Below, piece by piece: positions 1 to 7,824 of a stretch of 64,000 nucleotides of DNA; within the stretch, counting starts at the first letter, position 1, and every line of letters begins with the position of its first letter. The position numbers were made by a program, and so were the translations under genes. The notes under the pieces are model-generated. The model was given only the letters and a program-made list of their open reading frames with translations, searched no databases and was not told the DNA's origin. The stretch is taken from the IMG/VR virus record IMGVR_UViG_3300042350_004191, positions 62,001-126,000 of that record. The stretch is one strand, 5' to 3'.

Positions 1-921
1 CTTGATGGTTCTTATTATTTTGATGCTCCTTGGACTAGGTGGTTTATAAATTTAGGCAACGGTCCTATATCTGGCACTAATTACGATAGTTTTTTTGAAA
101 TATATGTTTATCCGAATGAAATTAAAAAAATAAACTATAATGGAACTTCTTATTCTGTACTAGAATCATACAATTTAAGCAATTCCCAACAAATAGCTGT
201 AAAAGTTAATACACTTGAACAAAACTTAAGTTCATTGGCAGATCCTCCAAATTATATTCAACCAAGTGCTACATTAACTAATTTTAGTGGAACACCATTT
301 GAAGTTGGACAAACAGTTACACAAACATTAACTTTAGATTGGACTCAAGGAAGTGCTGGTAGTTTTACAACAGGCACATTTTCTAGAAATGGTTCGGTTA
401 TATTAACCAATACTGTTTTACCTTCAACATATAATGTTAATGAAATTACAGGAACATCCTCAATAACATATAGAAATACTGTCAATTATAATCAAGGTCC
501 TATATTGAACAATTCATTAGGATATCCCGATCCTACTGGAAGAATTGCTGCTGGTTCTAAATTTATTGAAGTATCTCATCGCGGTTATTATAAAATGTTT
601 TTTGGTAGTGTTCCAACTGGACAAATACCAGCAAACCTTAGAAATTTACCAAGTAATAAATTTGATTTAGCTGGTGCTTCTGGTTCAATAGCACCAACAG
701 AATTTGGGACGATAAGTGCAGTAAACATTGTATTTGTTTTACCAACACCAAGAGTATTAACTTCTGTAATAACAGATTCAAACGAGGATCTTACTTCAAG
801 TTTTACACTTTCACCAACATCCATAACCTTACCAAATGGATCTACATACTCCTATAATTATTACAGACTAACAACAGTTATTCCTTTGGGAATACCGTTT
901 AGAACAATTACCTACGCATGA
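1..921 (+). CDS. Virion structural protein, 5'-truncated (beta-rich, Thr/Ser-rich)
   Basis: Frame 1 reads without a stop from base 1 (LDGSYYFDAPW...) into the ORF-track protein 235..921, so the TTG at 235 is not the true start. Ends in an ATGA overlap with the next gene. Confidence 0.7.
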   Translation, partial: LDGSYYFDAPWTRWFINLGNGPISGTNYDSFFEIYVYPNEIKKINYNGTSYSVLESYNLSNSQQIAVKVNTLEQNLSSLADPPNYIQPSATLTNFSGTPFEVGQTVTQTLTLDWTQGSAGSFTTGTFSRNGSVILTNTVLPSTYNVNEITGTSSITYRNTVNYNQGPILNNSLGYPDPTGRIAAGSKFIEVSHRGYYKMFFGSVPTGQIPANLRNLPSNKFDLAGASGSIAPTEFGTISAVNIVFVLPTPRVLTSVITDSNEDLTSSFTLSPTSITLPNGSTYSYNYYRLTTVIPLGIPFRTITYA

Positions 922-1589
922 GTTATCCTTTTCCAACATTTCCATTAGTTAAAAGAGTTGGCTTAACCACAGCCGCATCTAATGTTGATGCGCGTTATGG
1001 TCCATGGTTATCTATTAATGATGCATTAACATCATTCAATGCTGGCCTTAGATCAAAAGGTTTGACTGTTGGTATATACACGCCAAATGATAACATAAAC
1101 AGTCCTGTAATAGAATACTGGTGGAAGAGTGGTATAACAGATAATGATTTAATCTTAAAACAGCCTGAAGAAACCAATCAAGGTAAGATTAAAATTTTAT
1201 CTAATAATGAATTTACATTAAGTGCCAGTTCTTTTTCTTCGTTTTTTAAATCAGTTACAAGTTCAAACGATTTTACTTTTTCAAATTTTTTATCAGGTGC
1301 TTCCATAACATTATATGTTTCTGCAAATCATGTAGGTTATTTTAGACATTATGTTCCACAAACGTCTTTTATAGGAAATGCGGGTGAAGGTAATACATTT
1401 TTTACATTTGAAAACAAAATTACAAAATTAACATTACAAAATGTTGGGGATTATTATATAGGTTTAGCTGATCCTGTTTCTTATGATGTTGTTCAAGTAA
1501 CCGCTCCTACGGGTGATAGTATACTTCTAGATGCTTATATTGGTTATCTTAAACTAGAAAATGGATACTATATACTTTTAGACCAGTAA
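918..1589 (+). CDS. Putative fibre/appendage adaptor protein
   Basis: N-terminal VDARYGPW...R.KGLTVGI...EYWW motif of the kind seen in phage fibre proteins; ends in YLKLENGYYILLDQ. Confidence 0.55.
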   Translation: MSYPFPTFPLVKRVGLTTAASNVDARYGPWLSINDALTSFNAGLRSKGLTVGIYTPNDNINSPVIEYWWKSGITDNDLILKQPEETNQGKIKILSNNEFTLSASSFSSFFKSVTSSNDFTFSNFLSGASITLYVSANHVGYFRHYVPQTSFIGNAGEGNTFFTFENKITKLTLQNVGDYYIGLADPVSYDVVQVTAPTGDSILLDAYIGYLKLENGYYILLDQ

Positions 1590-1601
1590 GTAATTAGATA
1601 T

Positions 1602-2294
1602 ATGGCTGATTTAAGAATATCGCAATTGAATCAAGTGGTAACACCCACTTTAAATGATATATTTCCTGTTGTAAATTCTGCGGAAACCAAAAGAATAACT
1701 TTTGGTAATATTAATAATTCATTGCCAACTACCACCTTTGTCAGGGCCAATTCTGGTATATGGAACAAAACTTTAGATTCAGCAAGAATGGAAATAAACG
1801 GAAATGTAGGTATAGGAAATACGCTTAATAATGTTGAATATATTGTTAATTGGAACAGTTTAACTTATCAAACTAATAGTGGTGTAATCGAAGCCGACAT
1901 AACAAATGATAATATGATCATAAAAGAAACTGGTAACTATTTGGTAAGTGCCAGATATTCCAGCTATGACCTAACAGATGATACCGACAGCTTAAGAATA
2001 AGAATAAGGGGAGCATTTAATTCTCCTATAACCACAATAAGCAGTGGAATTTTATTAGAAACATTACAAGAAAGTTTTATAAACATGGATTCGGGAATAT
2101 TTGGAACAAATGTTAATGGAAGAGCATCTGTCTGTGGAACTGTTGTTTTAAGAATTACACAAGTTCCTTATTATTTGGCTGCTACCATATTACATAGAGG
2201 AGGCTCTGCTATAGGCGGAACTACTGGTTATCCTGTATTTGAAAACTCTTTAGGTTCACAGCCATATTTTACTATACAAAGATTAACATACTAA
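1602..2294 (+). CDS. Short fibre protein with C1q/BclA-CTD-like head
   Basis: Starts MADLRISQL. C-terminal domain (IKETGNYLVSARYSSYDL...GYPVFEN...QPYFTIQRL) is clearly paralogous to the end of 3753..4547. Confidence 0.6.
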   Translation: MADLRISQLNQVVTPTLNDIFPVVNSAETKRITFGNINNSLPTTTFVRANSGIWNKTLDSARMEINGNVGIGNTLNNVEYIVNWNSLTYQTNSGVIEADITNDNMIIKETGNYLVSARYSSYDLTDDTDSLRIRIRGAFNSPITTISSGILLETLQESFINMDSGIFGTNVNGRASVCGTVVLRITQVPYYLAATILHRGGSAIGGTTGYPVFENSLGSQPYFTIQRLTY

Positions 2295-2295
2295 T

Positions 2296-2505
2296 ATGAA
2301 ATACTATATTTTAATAAATCCGTTTACATTTAAACCTATACAGTTTTCAACTTTTATAGACGAAGACTTTACCGTTGCGAATATACCTGAAGAAATTACT
2401 AGCAATACTGTAATTGAAAGTAAAAAAGCTTTATGTATCGAAAGTGAGTATGATCCTACTTTAATGGAAAAAACTTACGACCCTGAAACAGGAACATTTA
2501 ATTAA
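2296..2505 (+). CDS. Small putative fibre chaperone/accessory protein
   Basis: 69 aa, ends EYDPTLMEKTYDPETGTFN; paralogue of 43647..43856; both follow a C1q-like fibre gene. Confidence 0.5.
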   Translation: MKYYILINPFTFKPIQFSTFIDEDFTVANIPEEITSNTVIESKKALCIESEYDPTLMEKTYDPETGTFN

Positions 2506-2507
2506 AA

Positions 2508-3740
2508 ATGGCACTAGATTTCGAGATTTATGGCAAAACAATTCAGTCCAAAGACATTCGATATGAAAATGTCAATCTTTTGGAATCTGAAGATTTTGGA
2601 AATTTCGTAGATGTCAGTCAGTTTGATACATTAAGTGCTGATTTAAAAACGAATTATTTTCCAACTTCTGGTGGTAGATTAATTGGCGATTTAATAGTAA
2701 CAGGTAATTTAAGTTTATCTGGTAATTTTAATCATAGACTTAATAGAATAGATATTACAACACCAATAATAAACCTAGAATCAAATAGAATTTATAATGT
2801 TGATACGACAGTTAATTCAATAACCGGACTATTACCACAAAATCCTATAATAGGAGATGAAATAGAATTTTTAGATACCAGAGGAAAATGGGACACGAAT
2901 CCTTTTTATGTAAGAAGTGGAAATCTAAGAATAGAAAAACTTAGTTCAGAAGATTTAATATGTGAAATAAAATATGGAAACTTTAAATTGAATTATGTTG
3001 ATCCTTTGAATTATGGTTGGAAAATTACCACATTCACAAACACAGTCACATCTGGGTATACAACTACAGGTTCACAACTTATACCAGCCCCGTCTGATCC
3101 TTTTGCTAGTTTTGTTAATTTATTATTGCGTATGGAGGGATCTAACGGATCAACGACTTTTGCAGATTCTACTACAGCTAATAGAGTCATAACTACAAAC
3201 GGGTCTGCACAAATTAGCACAGCAGAAAAAAGATTTGGTGATAGTTCAGCACTATTTAATGGTACAAATTCATTTTTATCGACAAATATCCCTGCTTTTT
3301 TTAGTAATGATTTTACGATTGAAGGTTGGATTTATCCTTTAGTTGATCCTGTAGTCGCAACACCTATTTTTGCTAGTGGAACTTCTGACATACAAGGTAA
3401 TTTTATAGTATATATTGAAAATAATCGTTTAAAATTTTACGCAAGTAATCAGGTTGTATTTAATGGTGGTATTTCACCATTAATATTTAATAACCAATGG
3501 ACATATATAGCAGTCGTTAAAGAGTTTAGTTTATATAATTTTTATGTAAACAATGCATTTATAGGATCTGTAAATGGAATCTTTAATCATCTAAATAGTA
3601 CTTTTAAAGTTGGTGATGGTTATGGTGGAATAAGATTTTTTAATGGCTATATAGACGAAGTAAGAGTGACTAGAGCCGTGGCTAGATACTCTATTTCTAA
3701 TAACACTTTTCCTACTTTGATTCGCTTTCCTTATCCATAA
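2508..3740 (+). CDS. Virion protein with C-terminal LamG/ConA-like domain
   Basis: LLLRMEGSNGSTTFADS...DFTIEGWIYP...WTYIAVV...FNGYIDEVRVTRAVARY is a typical phage LamG domain. The middle module (YNVDTT..ITGLLP.NP.IGD...GWKI) is shared with 48213..49682 and 49689..50927. Confidence 0.75.
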   Translation: MALDFEIYGKTIQSKDIRYENVNLLESEDFGNFVDVSQFDTLSADLKTNYFPTSGGRLIGDLIVTGNLSLSGNFNHRLNRIDITTPIINLESNRIYNVDTTVNSITGLLPQNPIIGDEIEFLDTRGKWDTNPFYVRSGNLRIEKLSSEDLICEIKYGNFKLNYVDPLNYGWKITTFTNTVTSGYTTTGSQLIPAPSDPFASFVNLLLRMEGSNGSTTFADSTTANRVITTNGSAQISTAEKRFGDSSALFNGTNSFLSTNIPAFFSNDFTIEGWIYPLVDPVVATPIFASGTSDIQGNFIVYIENNRLKFYASNQVVFNGGISPLIFNNQWTYIAVVKEFSLYNFYVNNAFIGSVNGIFNHLNSTFKVGDGYGGIRFFNGYIDEVRVTRAVARYSISNNTFPTLIRFPYP

Positions 3741-3752
3741 AATTTTTTATAT

Positions 3753-4547
3753 ATGATTAATTTACGGGATTATTATTATACAACGCAATTCATGGGTGCA
3801 ACGGCTAATAGAGTCGGTGTAGCTGGTTTTGTTCCTACTGCTTATCCACAAGATGCATTAAAATTTTTAAGAGGAGATGGTACATGGCAAAATGCTGGTG
3901 GTGGTTCTACAGGAGCTACAGGTATAACTGGTGCTACAGGTCCGATTGGTGCTACGGGATTAACTGGTATGGGAGCTACTGGACAAACAGGAATAACTGG
4001 TCCAACAGGTCCAGCGGGTAGTGATGATCCTTATTTTGGATTAAGAATAAATGGAAATTTTGGACTAACAAACACTACAAACGGTATTGAATCTATAATT
4101 CAATGGAACAGTAGTTATATGAATAATTCGGTTAATGCTGTATTTGGCAGTATTAATACTAGAAATTTCGAGATATATCAAAGCGGTTTATATAACATAG
4201 AAGTTCGATATGCATCTTATAACTTAGTAGATGCTGGTGATTTTTTGAGAATACGTTTGTATGGAAGCACTAGTGTAATAACTAATGCTAATTTAAATAC
4301 AGCAACTTTGTTACACACACTAGATCATGGGTTTGTTGATACCACAGGACCTGGTGAATCTTTTAAACAGGGATCTGTTACCTTAACTCTTGGACCAGCT
4401 ATCGGTGGCCCTTATTATATAGTGGCAACATGTTTACATGGTGGAGCTAACGGTGGTAATGGAAATCAAGGATATCCAGTATTTGATAATGTTTGGGGAA
4501 ATCAACCTTATATGATTGTAAGAAGAGTGTCAGGTCCTTCTATTTAA
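3753..4547 (+). CDS. Short collagen-like fibre with C1q/BclA-CTD-like head
   Basis: GFVP...KFLRGDGTW motif, short G-X-T run ([16 protein letters not shown]), head domain paralogous to 1602..2294. Confidence 0.7.
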   Translation: MINLRDYYYTTQFMGATANRVGVAGFVPTAYPQDALKFLRGDGTWQNAGGGSTGATGITGATGPIGATGLTGMGATGQTGITGPTGPAGSDDPYFGLRINGNFGLTNTTNGIESIIQWNSSYMNNSVNAVFGSINTRNFEIYQSGLYNIEVRYASYNLVDAGDFLRIRLYGSTSVITNANLNTATLLHTLDHGFVDTTGPGESFKQGSVTLTLGPAIGGPYYIVATCLHGGANGGNGNQGYPVFDNVWGNQPYMIVRRVSGPSI

Positions 4548-4558
4548 CAAAATTAAAA

Positions 4559-4566
4559 GATAAATA
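4559..4566 (+). promoter_or_regulatory. T4-type late promoter (GATAAATA)
   Basis: Matches the TATAAATA late consensus at 7 of 8 positions; 7 nt before the gp13 ATG. Confidence 0.55.
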
Positions 4567-4573
4567 ATATACA

Positions 4574-5458
4574 ATGAATCCTGTTTTACCAAATCTATTT
4601 CATGGAAGCACAACTTTTAATTCTAAAATAAAAAGTTATGACCATTTAGCTCAAAGAGTTCGTAGAGCATTAGGAGAACCACTCGTAGAAGTCGAGGTTA
4701 GTAGTGAACAAATGTATGAAAATATAGATATTGCTTGTGAATATTTTACAAAATTCGGAGGTACTACTGAGGAATATCTAGTTTTTAGATCCGACCTTTA
4801 TGAACCAGGTATTGGTTTACGGATGGACAAGCTCTTTAGCGTTACACCTGAAATGTATAATGCTAACAGAAAAGACGAAACTACAAATGCTTCTTTAAGT
4901 GCTTCATATGATTTTGATATGGACGAATATCGTAAGGTCGTGGATGTGTTTTCTTTTGCTGAAGGTAACAATTCGGGGGTCAACACACTTTTTACAATCG
5001 AACATACAATTGCACAACAAGCATATTTTGGACATCTTCTAGGAAACGTAGGATATGATCTAATAACATGGCACGCTCTTAAAGAATGGTTAGATACAAG
5101 AGACAAACTTTTGGCACTCAGACCATATTTTAGATTTTCACCCGAATCACAATATTTAAAATTAATTCCTGAACCATCCAAACAACAAGTGTATTATGGA
5201 TTAATTGGTTGTCATGTCCAAAAACCAATCCGTGACATAGTAAGTCAATTGTGGGTTTATCGTTATACTTTAGCATTGGCTAAAATAACATTAGGTCATG
5301 TCAGAGGAAAATATGCTGGTACAAATTTATTTGGTAATCAAACAGTCAATTATACTGATATGATGAGTCAGGGTCTTGCTGAAAAAGAGAAGTTAGAACA
5401 AGAAATAACCACTGACCTTATTGATCGTGAGCCAATAACCGCATTTTTTGTTGGATGA
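4574..5458 (+). CDS. gp13: Neck protein, T4 gp13-like
   Basis: RALGEPLVEVEVS.EQ.YENID.A.EYF near the N-terminus and W..RY.LAL.K..LG..RGKY...FFVG at the C-terminus match gp13 signatures. Confidence 0.85.
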   Translation: MNPVLPNLFHGSTTFNSKIKSYDHLAQRVRRALGEPLVEVEVSSEQMYENIDIACEYFTKFGGTTEEYLVFRSDLYEPGIGLRMDKLFSVTPEMYNANRKDETTNASLSASYDFDMDEYRKVVDVFSFAEGNNSGVNTLFTIEHTIAQQAYFGHLLGNVGYDLITWHALKEWLDTRDKLLALRPYFRFSPESQYLKLIPEPSKQQVYYGLIGCHVQKPIRDIVSQLWVYRYTLALAKITLGHVRGKYAGTNLFGNQTVNYTDMMSQGLAEKEKLEQEITTDLIDREPITAFFVG

Positions 5459-5925
5459 TAAAACCTGTATTAGTTAAGAAAAATAAAAATTATAAACAAG
5501 GAAGATTCAATCCATTAAATCCTCACAAGTATAAAGGTACTCTTCCAATTTATTATCGTTCTAAATTAGAACTAAGTGCTATGAGAATGTTGGATAAAAA
5601 TCCTAATATTCTTACATGGGGATCTGAATCTGTTGTCATACCATACCTTTCTCCTCTAGATAATCGTATTCATAGATATTTTGTTGATCTTGTTGCGATG
5701 CTAAAAGAGTCGAATGGTAATATAAAAAAATTATTAATCGAAGTAAAACCATTTAAACAAACACAAAGACCTATGTTTAGTAATGCAAAGTCTCAAAAGA
5801 CTGTTTTATATGAAAATACACAGTATGCTATGAATATGGCAAAGTTTGATGCAGCCAAACAATGGTGTGCAAAAAAAAATTTTACATTTATTATACTAAC
5901 AGAGAAGGAAATTACATCAAAGTAG
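5455..5925 (+). CDS. gp4: Head completion protein, T4 gp4-like (TnsA-like nuclease fold)
   Basis: QGRFNPLNPHKYKG..IYYRS..E...WGSE..IPY.SPLDNRIHRYFVD..IEVKP..Q..N.AK..AA...C...F.ILTE. Confidence 0.9.
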   Translation: MIKPVLVKKNKNYKQGRFNPLNPHKYKGTLPIYYRSKLELSAMRMLDKNPNILTWGSESVVIPYLSPLDNRIHRYFVDLVAMLKESNGNIKKLLIEVKPFKQTQRPMFSNAKSQKTVLYENTQYAMNMAKFDAAKQWCAKKNFTFIILTEKEITSK

Positions 5926-5950
5926 TGTAAATAATATTATAACATAATAT

Positions 5951-6622
5951 ATGCAAAACCAAGCTTATCGCCTTCTTGTGGAAGAACCAACGTATGAAAT
6001 ACAATACTTGGTTGAAGAAAAGAATCGTAATTCACCTTCTAATCTTTATATTCATGGACCGTTCTTAATGGCAAATGAAGCAAACAAAAACAGACGCATA
6101 TATCCATTAGAAGAAATGGTTAAAGAAGTTGATAGATATTCTTCTGAGATGATCAAGGGTAATCGTGCTACAGGTGAATTAAACCATCCACAATCTCCTG
6201 AGATTAATCTTGAGAGAATCTGTCATATGGTGACAGAATTAAAACAAAACGGAAATATCTTTGAGGGTAAGTCAAGAATTCTTTCTACACCTATGGGTCA
6301 GATTGTTAGATCACTTATTCTCGATGGTGTTAAATTAGGCGTTTCTTCAAGAGCACTTGGTAGATTGGATGCTTCTGGTGAATATAATAAAGTTTCAGAT
6401 TTTAGATTAGTTGCTGTGGATGTTGTTGCTGATCCTTCTGTTCCTACAGCATTTGTAAATGGTATCCTTGAATCTAAACAATGGATTCTTTCCGAAAATG
6501 GCAACTTTGAACCATTATTTGATGCATTTGAGAAAAAGATAAGTAATCTTCCAAAAACAAATAAAGATCTATATTTAAAAGAACAAGTGATTGCATTCAT
6601 TAATGCACTCAAAAAAATGTAA
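5951..6622 (+). CDS. gp21: Prohead protease, T4 gp21-like
   Basis: N.NRRIYP, GELNHP, LGVSSRALG and DVVADPS motifs; TGTAAATA at 5926-5933 upstream. Confidence 0.93.
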   Translation: MQNQAYRLLVEEPTYEIQYLVEEKNRNSPSNLYIHGPFLMANEANKNRRIYPLEEMVKEVDRYSSEMIKGNRATGELNHPQSPEINLERICHMVTELKQNGNIFEGKSRILSTPMGQIVRSLILDGVKLGVSSRALGRLDASGEYNKVSDFRLVAVDVVADPSVPTAFVNGILESKQWILSENGNFEPLFDAFEKKISNLPKTNKDLYLKEQVIAFINALKKM

Positions 6623-6632
6623 ATAGTATTAT

Positions 6633-6854
6633 ATGAGAAACACAATTTCCAAATTTATCACAGCAATTTGCGAAAAGAATTATTCTTTGGCAGATTCTTT
6701 GTTAAAAGAAATTTTGACAGAAAAAATCAAAGCCAAAGTCAAGACAATAGCAGAAAAAAAAGAATATTGTTGCAACGATTGTAAACGCAAGAAAAAAAAT
6801 AATTCTTGTGGATGCAATAAAAATGATGAAACTGTATCTAGAAAGAGTAAATAG
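6633..6854 (+). CDS. Small prohead-associated protein with basic Cys-rich tail
   Basis: Lies between gp21 and gp22 with its own late motif TGTAAATA at 6618-6625; tail EYCCNDCKRKKKNNSCGC. Confidence 0.55.
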   Translation: MRNTISKFITAICEKNYSLADSLLKEILTEKIKAKVKTIAEKKEYCCNDCKRKKKNNSCGCNKNDETVSRKSK

Positions 6855-6865
6855 TTTTATAGCAT

Positions 6866-7753
6866 ATGGATATTTCATCAATTCTTAAAAACTTGGATCA
6901 AAACGTTTTAACAGAAGAAACAGCTTCAGCAATCGCAGAAGCATTTGAAACCGCTGTAAGTGAAAAAGTTACAGCCAAATTAACTTTAGAACTCGAAAGT
7001 GCTTTGTTGAATCAAGACAAAGAACACGCTGATAAATTAAAAAATTTAATCGAGGCTATTGATTTAGATCATACAAACAAACTTAAGGATGTTGTTGATG
7101 CAATCAATGAAAATCATACATTCAAATTAGAACAAATTGTTGAAATGTATAGAAAAGCATTAAATGAAAAAGCTGAAAATTTCAGCAATAAACTCATTAA
7201 TGAGATGAGCAATTATTTAGATCTTTATTTAGAAAAGAATCTTCCTACTACTCAACTCGAAGAGGCTGTTGCAAATACTTATGCAAAAGTTCAATTGGAA
7301 AGAATTAAAGGTCTTTTAAAATTTGATCCTGAAACTATCAATGAAGATGTTAAGAAAGTTCTTGAAACAGGCAATAGCCAAATCAAAGAACTTCAAGAAA
7401 AACTAAATGAATCTCATAATGCAAATAATCAACTTGCTTCTGAGATTGAAATTGCCAAGGCTGCTCTTGTCTTAGAAAAGAAAACCAGAGGGTTTTCTTC
7501 TGCTAAAAGAGAATACTTGACAAAGATCCTTTGTGATAAAACTCCTACGTATATTGAAGAAAATTTCAATTATGTAGTTGAGATGTTTGAAAAAAATGAC
7601 TCCGAAGAAAGGGAAGTTCTTGCTGAACAAGCTAAAAAGTCTTCTTTTTCCAAGGATGTGAAAGTTCCTACAGCAGTAATCAGTGAATCTGTTGTTGAGA
7701 GCAACGAGTTTAACCCAGTTACTGATTATTTAACTGAACTCAAAAGATCTTAA
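6866..7753 (+). CDS. gp22: Prohead core scaffold, T4 gp22-like
   Basis: Glu-rich coiled coil (I.EAFETAV.EKV, YLDLYLE) located between protease and major capsid gene. Confidence 0.85.
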   Translation: MDISSILKNLDQNVLTEETASAIAEAFETAVSEKVTAKLTLELESALLNQDKEHADKLKNLIEAIDLDHTNKLKDVVDAINENHTFKLEQIVEMYRKALNEKAENFSNKLINEMSNYLDLYLEKNLPTTQLEEAVANTYAKVQLERIKGLLKFDPETINEDVKKVLETGNSQIKELQEKLNESHNANNQLASEIEIAKAALVLEKKTRGFSSAKREYLTKILCDKTPTYIEENFNYVVEMFEKNDSEEREVLAEQAKKSSFSKDVKVPTAVISESVVESNEFNPVTDYLTELKRS

Positions 7754-7769
7754 TATAATTTTTAAGTTG

Positions 7770-7792
7770 TAGAAAAGAACGGTTCTTTTCTA
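7770..7792. promoter_or_regulatory. Inverted repeat/hairpin upstream of the major capsid gene
   Basis: TAGAAAAGAAC-G-GTTCTTTTCTA, perfect 11-bp arms. Confidence 0.6.
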
Positions 7793-7824
7793 GACGTTAT
7801 CCAAAATAGAAAGAAAAAGCATAT

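Noticed and set aside
2100-4547. Possible DGR template/variable repeat pair between the similar 3' ends of 1602..2294 and 3753..4547
   Set aside because: Differences are not adenine-specific, both copies are coding and substantially diverged, and no reverse transcriptase is in the window.
5455-5925. TnsA-like nuclease as a transposon or homing endonuclease
   Set aside because: Motifs and position match the T4 gp4 head-completion protein; no transposase partners or terminal repeats are present.
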